Part shown: one piece after another, positions 9,630 through 18,077 of the stretch
How the letters are laid out: every line of letters begins with the position of its first letter
How positions within the stretch are numbered: the first letter of the stretch is position 1
Source of the DNA: a virus
Taxonomy: Duplodnaviria; Heunggongvirae; Uroviricota; Caudoviricetes
Length of the DNA stretch: 38,887 nucleotides
IMG/VR virus record: IMGVR_UViG_3300032070_000730
Strand: one strand, 5' to 3'
Translations under genes and position numbers: made by a program
The notes under the pieces: generated by a model
Told to the model about the DNA's origin: nothing
The model's database searches: none
Seen by the model: only the letters and a program-made list of their open reading frames with translations

Positions 9630-10394
9630 ATTCCAGTCACAGTCGCAACAGAGCCAATTAAGCAACCGAGTATCATCGCCCAAATCGTAGTCCTTCTCGT
9701 TAAGTATTGGCTTATTGTTGTTGGGGTCTTTGCTCTCGCTGTCATCCTCGCTTTCGTCATAATCCTCTGGAAGCGGATGAAAAAAAGAGTAGACCCGTTC
9801 CAAGATATTTATCAAAAGACGAAGGCATTGTGCAAATTTCACAAAAATTCTATCATAAAACATGTCTACATGCTTTCTGACAATAAAATCCAGTATGTGG
9901 GAAAATATCTTGGGGAATGCATCACGCAGGACGGTTATGAAAATATAATGTTCTGGCGTGGGAAGAAATGGTATCTGTTTTGGATTCCTGCTCGTCTCGA
10001 TTTCTTGGATTTGGTAAAAGAGATTTTCATACTCAAATGCAATGTCAATAAAGATTACACCATGAGGGAATATGACCCAGAGACGAAGAAAACAAAAGAG
10101 ACAAAATATGATATAGCGAATGATTTGATTAGTGTTGATGGCGACAAGGTTCTTGTAAAAGGACTTGGGGTTGAAAGGGTAAAAAATTTCCTGTATCCAG
10201 TATTAAGGAATGATAAGGGGAACATCACTGACAAAAAAATGGAGATTTTCGACAGGCAGAGAACTCCAGCACTGATTGATACCATGTTCAGCCAAGTAGA
10301 AGACTTCGCAAACATAAGCAGGGAACTCATAAACATAAATCCTTCGGTCAGATTTAGCGTCAAGACGGGTGAGATACCGCCAAAGAGAGATTAA
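9630..10394 (+). CDS. membrane-anchored protein, probable ATT start
   Basis: Frame is open 49 codons upstream of ATG 9777 and encodes a TM helix; ATT abuts the upstream TAA behind RBS ggggtga. Confidence 0.6.
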   Translation: MPVTVATEPIKQPSIIAQIVVLLVKYWLIVVGVFALAVILAFVIILWKRMKKRVDPFQDIYQKTKALCKFHKNSIIKHVYMLSDNKIQYVGKYLGECITQDGYENIMFWRGKKWYLFWIPARLDFLDLVKEIFILKCNVNKDYTMREYDPETKKTKETKYDIANDLISVDGDKVLVKGLGVERVKNFLYPVLRNDKGNITDKKMEIFDRQRTPALIDTMFSQVEDFANISRELININPSVRFSVKTGEIPPKRD

Positions 10395-10450
10395 TTAATG
10401 TTTATTATTTCAATATATAATTTAATTAAAAAAATAAAGGGGGGATAAAT

Positions 10451-10552
10451 ATCGCACCAGAATGGGTGGGGCTTGCAACGATTGTCGTAATAATCGTAGC
10501 ATTGTTTTATTGGATGTATTATTTAAAACAAGGTCAGCAACAGAAGGTTTAG
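10451..10552 (+). CDS. 33-aa TM peptide, probable ATC (or ATA 10445) start
   Basis: (M)APEWVGLATIVVIIVALFYWMYYLKQGQQQKV after a GGGGGG RBS; no ATG/GTG/TTG upstream of the TM segment apart from an internal GTG. Confidence 0.45.
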   Translation: MAPEWVGLATIVVIIVALFYWMYYLKQGQQQKV

Positions 10553-10561
10553 GTCATAAGT

Positions 10562-10810
10562 ATGGAATCGAAGGAGAGCATACTTTTTGTAATTTTGATA
10601 CTGGTGATTGCGAACCTTGTTGTAGATTATTTTATAATAGACCAATTTGACAAAGGGATGATAGACCTGAAGAAGTTCATCTTCAATCATTCTCAAAGTT
10701 CATGCACATGCAATTGTTGCCAGAACGCAACTAATTCTACGAAGCCAATTCTTGTTTTTAACATTACAAACGAATCTACGCCGAGCATCGGCATACTTGG
10801 AGATGGTTAA
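10562..10810 (+). CDS. small membrane protein with CxCxCC
   Basis: N-terminal TM and CTCNCC. Confidence 0.6.
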   Translation: MESKESILFVILILVIANLVVDYFIIDQFDKGMIDLKKFIFNHSQSSCTCNCCQNATNSTKPILVFNITNESTPSIGILGDG

Positions 10811-11041
10811 ATGGGAAAGATTAAAATAGAATTTTCAAAAGAAGAACTGCTTGCACTGGACAAATTCTTCAGTTATTTTCCAAAGACAGAACTTGAACAA
10901 CGTTGCCCGACTGTATTGAAAGACAGACATTTCATCATGTTCTTGGGGAAGATGTATAAGGAAATCAATAAACTGAAAGGGGTGACAAAGGAAGAAGAAG
11001 TAGTTCTAAAAAGAAAAGCAAAAAGAATGTTGGGGTTGTAA
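10811..11041 (+). CDS. hypothetical protein
   Basis: Coupled ORF (TAA-ATG). Confidence 0.6.
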   Translation: MGKIKIEFSKEELLALDKFFSYFPKTELEQRCPTVLKDRHFIMFLGKMYKEINKLKGVTKEEEVVLKRKAKRMLGL

Positions 11042-11298
11042 TGGCGATATTTTTATTGGCGACAAAGGTTGGAGTGTGGGGGAAAAAACTCGGTAAAGAG
11101 CCAGTTAGCATAGAGATTACAGAAATGGAAATGGTCTCGCTTCTGAAGGCTCTCGGTCACTGGAATAAACCACTTTACAGAAAAATAAGAATCGGTCTGA
11201 TTGAGGAAGCAAAGAAAGATGGGTTTGAATTTGAGATGGCTGATGCACAGTTCATGGAAGTAACATGTCCGAAATGCGGAGAAAAGGTGAAAGTATGA
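11041..11298 (+). CDS. hypothetical protein with C-terminal CPKC
   Basis: TAATG overlap; VTCPKCG. Confidence 0.6.
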   Translation: MAIFLLATKVGVWGKKLGKEPVSIEITEMEMVSLLKALGHWNKPLYRKIRIGLIEEAKKDGFEFEMADAQFMEVTCPKCGEKVKV

Positions 11299-11711
11299 GT
11301 GCAGTGACTTGGCTGATTATGCATTGGGAATTAGTCCTCACGATACTTCTTGTGATTTTCATAGGGATTCCTTTCATGGTCGTCATGATAATTCCATCGA
11401 TAATCTATATTGCTTCGAGAAGAAAATGGATTCCGACGCTTGAATGGATGATACAATATTTTAAGGTCGATATAAACCAGCCACCATATTCAGAGTGGAT
11501 GGACAAGCATCCGCTTATTTTTGTCTGCCTGACTTCAGTGGAACTTTATATTTCGTATTATTTGATTCATCTGATTGATGGAATAAAATGGGGAGTGAAA
11601 AAAACAGTCGTCGGGACTTATAAAATATTGAAAATTTATGTCAAGCATCAATGGGGTTTGTATGAAAAATGGAATAAAGAGATAGAAAAAGAAGAAAAAA
11701 AGGCGAAATAA
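11295..11711 (+). CDS. membrane protein
   Basis: ATGA overlap with the upstream gene; hydrophobic N-terminal half. Confidence 0.6.
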   Translation: MSAVTWLIMHWELVLTILLVIFIGIPFMVVMIIPSIIYIASRRKWIPTLEWMIQYFKVDINQPPYSEWMDKHPLIFVCLTSVELYISYYLIHLIDGIKWGVKKTVVGTYKILKIYVKHQWGLYEKWNKEIEKEEKKAK

Positions 11712-12545
11712 ATGAAAAAATGTATCGATTGTGGTAATTTTATTCATGGTAAAAAATATTGTCTAAAATGTTATCTTAAAAATCATAATCCAGTTAAAAA
11801 AGGGGTTAAAATAACTTGGGGAGATAAAATTTCAGATAGTATAATGAAAAATCCAGTAGATATTGAAAGAAGAAGAATTCAAGGAAATAAAATGAGATTT
11901 ATAAATACGGGTAAAAAAAGAACAAAAAAAGCACGAAAAAAATATAGTCAAAATCTAACAAAAAATTGGCAAGACCCAGAATTTAGAGATAAAAGAGTAA
12001 AACAAATTAAAATAGGTAATTTGAAAAAGGATATGACCAAAGTAAAAGAAAGAATGTTAACAAATAATCCTATGAATAATCAGAAAATAAGAAAAAAACA
12101 TTTGAAAATAATGAGAAGCGAAAGGATGAGAAAAATAAAAAGGGAAAATGCACAAGAACGATGGAATGATGAAAATCAACGAGAAAAGTGGATAAAATCA
12201 ATATTGAAAATCTTATTTAAAAGACCAACAAAACTTGAAAAAGGTTTTATCAATTTTTTTGATACATATAATGTTCCATTTAATTATTGTGGGAATGGTT
12301 CTTTGATAATAGGTGGAAAATGTCCTGATTTTGTTGAAAGTAATGGAAAGAAAATATGTTTAGAAGTTGGAAATAAAAGAGAAAAATCTGTGCCAAGAAA
12401 AAATAGAATATATAAAAATTGGCAGGAATATGAACAACAAAGAATTTCTCACTTTGCTGGTTTTGGGTGGAAATGTTTAGTTTTATGGGAAAATGAATTG
12501 GAAAATGAAGTATTATTAAATAATAAAATCAAGAGGTGGTTATAA
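11712..12545 (+). CDS. homing-type endonuclease (CxxC...CxxC, NPM repeats, PD-(D/E)xK-like nuclease)
   Basis: KCPDFV...ICLEVG; GWKCLVLWENE. Confidence 0.7.
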   Translation: MKKCIDCGNFIHGKKYCLKCYLKNHNPVKKGVKITWGDKISDSIMKNPVDIERRRIQGNKMRFINTGKKRTKKARKKYSQNLTKNWQDPEFRDKRVKQIKIGNLKKDMTKVKERMLTNNPMNNQKIRKKHLKIMRSERMRKIKRENAQERWNDENQREKWIKSILKILFKRPTKLEKGFINFFDTYNVPFNYCGNGSLIIGGKCPDFVESNGKKICLEVGNKREKSVPRKNRIYKNWQEYEQQRISHFAGFGWKCLVLWENELENEVLLNNKIKRWL

Positions 12546-12775
12546 TTTTACTCAATTTTCATCTGTGGCTTTATTTAACCATGTCTTTGATATTCTGGGC
12601 TAAAGTTATAATCACTTTCAGACAGCACAGGCAAGACCCGAATGAAAGAAGATGGAATCTGATACTCAACAGTATTTTTGCTCTTTTATTTTCTTTTGCT
12701 TTTATTGATTTAGTTACAACGATACCCCAAATAATTAAAGTCCTGATAATGATTAGAGATATTGCGGGTGGTTAG
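12536..12775 (+). CDS. two-TM membrane protein
   Basis: Two hydrophobic segments. Confidence 0.6.
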   Translation: MVIILLNFHLWLYLTMSLIFWAKVIITFRQHRQDPNERRWNLILNSIFALLFSFAFIDLVTTIPQIIKVLIMIRDIAGG

Positions 12776-13228
12776 TTGCGTTACATCGAGACTTTGTTAC
12801 TTCAGTTTAGGAGTGAAACTGTGCGTAGCAATTATGGGGGAGTGTTGAATCTGGCGATGGATATAGTCAAAGGAGAAGATAGACCAAATCAGGTTCTTCT
12901 CCGTAAACTTGTATGGATAAAAAACAACACGACTGAAAAATTGAGGACTAACTACTATATTGTGATAAACACATTGGCAAGAAAAATACATCATAATCTT
13001 GATGCACCGATTGAGATTAAGGTCGGAAGAGGAAGAACTGTAGAATATTCTCTCGGAGAACTGATAGCAGAGATTGAAGAGGCACACATGAAAATAAACG
13101 ATGTCGTCAGGGAAGTCGCAAAGAAATATTCGCTTGATATTCCGTTCAGAAAATCTGGCGGTGAGTGGGAAATCCCAGATATAGAAAAGTTAATGAAAGA
13201 GAAAACGAATGAGAAATTAACTGGGTGA
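12776..13228 (+). CDS. hypothetical protein upstream of the ATPase
   Basis: TTG abuts the upstream TAG; 150-aa ORF. Confidence 0.65.
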   Translation: MRYIETLLLQFRSETVRSNYGGVLNLAMDIVKGEDRPNQVLLRKLVWIKNNTTEKLRTNYYIVINTLARKIHHNLDAPIEIKVGRGRTVEYSLGELIAEIEEAHMKINDVVREVAKKYSLDIPFRKSGGEWEIPDIEKLMKEKTNEKLTG

Positions 13229-13255
13229 TTTTAAAATGTATGAGGTGATATATGA

Positions 13256-14092
13256 TTGGTAGATAGTTTTGCATTGAAAGCATTTCCAGTATTGACACAA
13301 ATTTCAGCAGGCGACCTTGAATGGCATGTAGATTAATAATCTTAATTGGTTATTAAGCATAAATCCCGTTCAGGAAGACCAGATAGTAGATAAAATGCAA
13401 CAATCAGAGGCATTCGCAAAATGCATAAGCCTTAATAAAACTCCATTGTTCTTCGAGTTCTTGGATTATAAAACAAGATACAGGGAGAATGTTGGTGTAG
13501 AAGTAAAGGGCGGAAATAAGAATATCTTACCGCATCCCGAACAGGTAAGTCAACTGGCGTAACAGCATTATCAAAATATACATCACATTTGAGTTGCGTT
13601 CCATTTACTTTATGGCATGTATGTGCGAATGAAATAGAATATCTTGAGAAATTGAAGACTCCATCTTTGCCATACGGTTCTGTCTTCCAGATAGATGAGC
13701 AGACCGAAACACATACTGGTGCAGGGTCATATTCGGAAATGCAAGTATTGGAAGATATGTCTAATATCATCGCTAAAAATCAAATTCATACTTTTTGGTG
13801 CATGGAAGAGAATACAGTTATCAAAACATTAAATGGGTTAATTAAAATTAAAGATTTACCAAATCCAGAACCTTTTAGAGTATGGGGCTTTAATTTTGAT
13901 AAAAAAAGACCAGAACTGGATTTAGCAGTAAAAACATATAGCGGGGAAAAAGAGATTTTTAATATAGTAACAGAAACAGGCGAAGAAGTTAAAGCAACAA
14001 GAGAACATAGGTTTTTTATACTTAATGGCAGTAAAATACAAGAAAAGAAAGTAGATGAATTAAGAGTTGGGGATAAATTAGTGATGATATGA
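13256..14092 (+). CDS. P-loop ATPase N-half + N-intein, spliced join(13256-13331,13363-13515,13536-14092)
   Basis: TTG after gaggtga. The spliced product has VEVKGGTRTGKST (Walker A) and VFQIDE (Walker B), then a Hint domain from Cys at 13799. A packaging role is inference. Confidence 0.85.
13332..13362 (+). other. 31-nt BHB/BHL intron
   Basis: Central helix ATGT/GCAT (one G-U), bulges AG|A and AA|A, 9-bp inner stem TTAATAATC/GGTTATTAA (one G-U); 31 nt is exactly the frame shift needed (HVD-PVQ). Confidence 0.75.
13516..13535 (+). other. 20-nt BHB intron inside Walker A
   Basis: GG/CC outer pairs, central helix GCGG/CCGC, bulges AA|A and AT|C, inner stem TAAGA/TCTTA; removal gives GGC GGA ACC CGA ACA GGT AAG TCA. 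Confidence 0.93.
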
Positions 14093-14970
14093 AAAAAATA
14101 TTAAAAAGACCAAAACAATCTGAATTTATGCATAATACCCGTGCTAATCCAGATTCTCCTTATAACAAAAAATCATGTAGAGATAAGATAAGTAAAAATA
14201 CAACAAAACAATGGAAAAATGCATCTATAAGAGAAAAAATGATAGATGGTATTAAAAAAAGTTGGACTAAAGAAAGATGTAATAAAATGAAAGGCGATAA
14301 TAACCCCGCCAAATCATTACAGGCAAGAAATAAAATAAGCCAAAAATTAAGTGGAAAGAAAAAACCAAAATGGTTGATTGAAAATCTTGCTGAAATACAT
14401 AGAGGAAGACCAGTAAAAACAGCAATAAGAGAAAAAATAAGGAAAACACAATTAAAAAAAGCAGATGAATACAGAAAAAGAAAAATATTATTTCATCAAT
14501 TACACCCAGAAAAACATCCAAATATGTTATTAAGAAGAAATCATAAAACGAAAATTGAAGAAATTTTAATAAAAGAATTAAACAATCTTGGTTGTGTAGA
14601 AAAACAACAAATTAAAACATGTAAAAAATTAAAAGATTTTGTATTTAATTTTTACATAAAAACATATAATGGGTTTAGATTTCCAGATATTAACTTTCCT
14701 TTATTAAAAATAATAATAGAATGTGATGGAAATTATTGGCATAAAAATAAAAAATACGAAAGAAACAGGGATTTAGAATTTAAAAATTTAGGATATAAAA
14801 TATTGCATTTTTCTGGTTATGATATTAAAAATAATTTAAATGAGGTAAAAGATGTTGTGAGAACTGAAATAATAAAAAAAATAGAAAGAATTGGTGAAGG
14901 AAAAACATACGATATAACGACACAAAAAAATCATAATTTTATACTTGGAAATGGCATTTTAGCCCATAAT
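13799..14970 (+). mobile_element. split intein: IntN 13799-14092, endonuclease-IntC 14089-14970
   Basis: Starts CMEENT, has block B ATREHRF and ends YDITT..NHNFILGNGILAHN|C; halves are in different frames with an ATGA overlap and RBS-like gtgatga. Confidence 0.85.
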
Positions 14971-15579
14971 TGCCACCCGCATGAATTTGTGGGTCGTAAC
15001 TCCCAAACCATCTAAAGATGGGGGAAATTGGGTCTTGAGTGCTACGGAAAGAACTTTGAGTATAAATTAATCAGATGCATCCTTTATAATATTTCAGTGT
15101 CAACTCTATCAAAAGTTCCAATGGGCATCGTCGTAATTCCTATCGGTTGGCTTTTCAAGTGCGGTCTTTTTGCTGAACCGACGATTTACAATGGAAGAAA
15201 AACTATAATCACCTGTATAAAAGATGTCTGTCCGAGATACGGAAAGTGTCAGGAATTTATGGCACAGTATGAATACAAGAAAGACAATCAGATTGAATTG
15301 ATAAGGACAAGACAATTTGGTGAAAGAGAGTTTAATAGATTAGAAACAGCAGAAAAAATCGCAAAAGACAAGAACTTTCAGATGTGCAGGACAAAAGATG
15401 AAAGGATGTCAATTGCAAGACTTTTAGTTCAATTCGGGACTCCAGAAAAACTGATAGTAGAAAGCGTTGCTCTTGCAAGGGCTATCGATAAAGGAAGGGT
15501 CGATATTGATTCATTGAGGAAACTTGGCGGGAAAAGAACGACAGAAGGAAATGCTGAAGAAGAAAAGGCAGTCACCTAA
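14089..15579 (+). CDS. NUMOD3/DUF559-like endonuclease + C-intein + ATPase C-half, spliced join(14089-15006,15028-15579)
   Basis: RFPDINF..IIIECDGNYWH nuclease; the C-extein CHPHEFVGRNSQ joins LGLECYGK after intron removal. Confidence 0.8.
15007..15027 (+). other. 21-nt BHB intron
   Basis: Central helix TCCC/GGGA, bulges AA|A and AA|T, inner stem CCATC/GATGG; in frame and contains the TAA at 15013-15; outer helix weak. Confidence 0.85.
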
Positions 15580-15596
15580 TTCTGTGAATTTTTTAA

Positions 15597-15618
15597 AAAT
15601 TTTAGAAAAATTTAAATA
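15597..15618 (+). promoter_or_regulatory. shared promoter motif heading the X-His array
   Basis: aaattttagaaaaaTTTAAATA, TATA at 15611-15618. Confidence 0.65.
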
Positions 15619-15671
15619 GTTTAGTCTATATATAATTCTTATAGAAAATGCTTTAAAAGAGGTTAGTATAA

Positions 15672-15815
15672 ATGGCACACAAATATTTGAAACATAAGTT
15701 GACTAAACATAGGACTGTCTTCATCCCAGAGGGGTTTGAATTCGTAAAAGCAGAGCCAGACAAAGAACAACCAAACGTCGTAAAAGTTGTCTTTAAAAAA
15801 AGAGGTGCAAAATAA
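15672..15815 (+). CDS. array protein MAHK, 47 aa
   Basis: Hand-translated; RBS gaggt; not in ORF track. Confidence 0.7.
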   Translation: MAHKYLKHKLTKHRTVFIPEGFEFVKAEPDKEQPNVVKVVFKKRGAK

Positions 15816-16148
15816 GTGGTTCATAAATTCCATCTTGGAAGAGAATATGTGACTGAAAGATTCTACCCGCCAGAACTTTTCCATCCAAAAAGTTTCAGAA
15901 CAATAAAAAGCGGTGGATACAAATTTACAATCGGAGTCCCTAAACAGGCTTTAAAAGTAGACGGATATTTGCCATTGTTTAAGGGAAAGAAATTCACAGC
16001 AGGAACAAGAGTTCAAAGGATGCTCCATCCAGTCGGAAAGTTCGAGAGAAAATATCCGAGAATCTGGAAGGAATTGAAAGCATCCAAGACAAAACTTGTA
16101 ACAGCGACACCGACCCATGAGCCAAAATACGGTCTTGTGGCTGGTTGA
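15816..16148 (+). CDS. array protein MVHK, 110 aa
   Basis: GTG start abutting TAA. Confidence 0.75.
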   Translation: MVHKFHLGREYVTERFYPPELFHPKSFRTIKSGGYKFTIGVPKQALKVDGYLPLFKGKKFTAGTRVQRMLHPVGKFERKYPRIWKELKASKTKLVTATPTHEPKYGLVAG

Positions 16149-16190
16149 TTTTATTTTTGAGGGCAGTCGAAATGGGTAGAGGTAATTAGA

Positions 16191-16304
16191 TTGGCACATA
16201 AAATAATTAAAACAGTCACAAAAGATATAGTCCCAGAGGATTACTATCTGATAGATTGGTATAGAAAGAATAAGAAAATGGAATTGGTGTTTGAAAAGGG
16301 ATAA
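16191..16304 (+). CDS. array protein MAHK, 37 aa
   Basis: TTG start after gaggt; not in ORF track. Confidence 0.65.
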   Translation: MAHKIIKTVTKDIVPEDYYLIDWYRKNKKMELVFEKG

Positions 16305-16306
16305 TC

Positions 16307-16564
16307 ATGGTTCATAAGATGAAAACAGTTGGAGATGTATGGGAATTAGAATCGAGTAGTGAGACTGTTGCATCAGATGCATTGAGTAATATTTCTGCAC
16401 AGGCTTTGCACGGCGATAAAAAAATGGTCAATTTTCTTGAAAAGGTCTTTAAAGAAAACTGGAAAGATATCAAGCCAAAACTTGAGACCGAAGGAAGTGT
16501 TTGGTATGTTTGGTGGATGGATGGCGTTCATAGTTTCATGCGTATGCAGATTAAAAAGAGGTAA
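16307..16564 (+). CDS. array protein MVHK, 85 aa
   Basis: ORF with motif. Confidence 0.75.
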   Translation: MVHKMKTVGDVWELESSSETVASDALSNISAQALHGDKKMVNFLEKVFKENWKDIKPKLETEGSVWYVWWMDGVHSFMRMQIKKR

Positions 16565-16568
16565 TTGA

Positions 16569-16706
16569 ATGGTTCATAAAATTGTTCAAACAAAAAAGAA
16601 AAGATGGATAGTCTTCAAGCAAGTCCCAGAGAAAATAGGGAAGTTTGGAGAATGGAAAATCATTGGCAATAAGGCGACCGAAGCGGAAGCAAAAGCACTT
16701 ATTTAA
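16569..16706 (+). CDS. array protein MVHK, 45 aa
   Basis: Hand-translated; not in ORF track. Confidence 0.7.
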   Translation: MVHKIVQTKKKRWIVFKQVPEKIGKFGEWKIIGNKATEAEAKALI

Positions 16707-16720
16707 AGAGGAAGATGAAG

Positions 16721-16945
16721 ATGCATCTCTTCAAGAACATGTTTAAAGACACATACAAAGAAAGCAAGAAAGATTTAGATATGCAAGAAAAAATGAATCT
16801 TGCATTCATCAAAGGATTGCCAAAAACAAGTGGATTAACAGTAAAAGAATTCGGAAGAGAATCAGAAGAGTTTGCAGTGCCAGAAGTCATTCCGACAGAA
16901 AAAATAAAAAAATATAAAAAAAAGATGAAAATTCATGGTTCATAA
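16721..16945 (+). CDS. array protein MHL, 74 aa (alternative start 16715)
   Basis: ATG CAT CTC; ends HGS* inside the next motif. Confidence 0.6.
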   Translation: MHLFKNMFKDTYKESKKDLDMQEKMNLAFIKGLPKTSGLTVKEFGRESEEFAVPEVIPTEKIKKYKKKMKIHGS

Positions 16946-17258
16946 ACAAAAGAAAATGACAGAAGAAGAAAAAGAGTGGGCAAGACGAATGAAAGCATTC
17001 GGAGTAGACATAACAAAAGAATTGACACCAGAGCAAGAATATGAAAGAGAAAAAAAAGAATGGGAAAAAACTGCAAAAGAAGCCACGCAAATGTATGAGA
17101 CAGCACGAAGAATTGCAATCAAAGGAAGGGCAATGTTCAGAAAAGGAAAGAGAATGTTCAAAGAGAGATTCGAGGACAAAAGCAAGAGAAGACCGATAGC
17201 AGTATATGTCAGACCGAAAGATACTGGGAAAAAAGAAATAGTTTATGGTGAGTGGTAA
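16935..17258 (+). CDS. array protein MVHK, 107 aa
   Basis: ORF with motif. Confidence 0.75.
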   Translation: MVHKQKKMTEEEKEWARRMKAFGVDITKELTPEQEYEREKKEWEKTAKEATQMYETARRIAIKGRAMFRKGKRMFKERFEDKSKRRPIAVYVRPKDTGKKEIVYGEW

Positions 17259-17503
17259 TGGTTCACAAATTAAAGGAAGTTTATCGTCTCCAGTGGAGAC
17301 CTGTCAATCCAGATGGGAGTCTTCCAGTCGGAATGAAAGAAGAACAGTGGATTACAGACCCGACATTCAAACATATAAATGAAATGAATGCTTGGGATAA
17401 ATTCATGCAGTCGTCCAACCAAACTATCTATGCAGATATGCGTTTGGTTAAAGATGGAAAAGAAGTTTTTAAAAGATTATGGAAGGACAGAATTAAAAAA
17501 TAA
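17258..17503 (+). CDS. array protein MVHK, 81 aa
   Basis: TAATG overlap; CAC His codon. Confidence 0.75.
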   Translation: MVHKLKEVYRLQWRPVNPDGSLPVGMKEEQWITDPTFKHINEMNAWDKFMQSSNQTIYADMRLVKDGKEVFKRLWKDRIKK

Positions 17504-17515
17504 TGGCGATGATTG

Positions 17516-17884
17516 ATGGTTCATAAAATAAAAAAATCAACTGAAGATATTTGGGAGAAATTAGATAGTTTATATACAGAAGGCATTCCAAAATATTTGA
17601 AAGTAGTCAGCAAGAATAAAATCCAGATAAAAGCAGGAGAATGGGAAGGTGCTCCTGTAAGATGGATTACGGTAACTCCTAAAGATGTCATTGATTATTA
17701 CAGACCAAACAGGCGAATGGGGGCTTCAGAGATTATGAGTGGTGCAAGGACGCTTGCAGGTTTTACTACTGACTGGAGAATGGTTGATAATATGGCGAAA
17801 GAATCTCTTGAGATATTCAAAATTTTGAACAGAAGTGCATTGGAAAAAGAAGGCAAAAAATATGGGATGGAGTTGAAGGATTAA
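17516..17884 (+). CDS. array protein MVHK, 122 aa
   Basis: ORF with motif. Confidence 0.75.
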   Translation: MVHKIKKSTEDIWEKLDSLYTEGIPKYLKVVSKNKIQIKAGEWEGAPVRWITVTPKDVIDYYRPNRRMGASEIMSGARTLAGFTTDWRMVDNMAKESLEIFKILNRSALEKEGKKYGMELKD

Positions 17885-17885
17885 A

Positions 17886-18077
17886 ATGTCACATAAAATA
17901 TATCATGAACATATTAAATTGAACGATGGTAGTGTCCTCTCAATATTTTTTAACACGGAGAATAATCTTCTGGTAGTTGATAAAGTCAGGAAAGACGGGA
18001 CTGGTGGAAATGAATTTATAAGGATGGATGTTTCAGGGATAGAATTGCCATCTAAAAAGGAATTAAAAGGTAATTAA
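17886..18077 (+). CDS. array protein MSHK, 63 aa
   Basis: ORF with variant motif. Confidence 0.7.
   Translation: MSHKIYHEHIKLNDGSVLSIFFNTENNLLVVDKVRKDGTGGNEFIRMDVSGIELPSKKELKGN

Noticed and set aside
14070-14110. Possible intron bridging the two intein halves
   Set aside because: No 4-bp helix with correct bulges was found; the ATGA overlap with an RBS fits a split intein better
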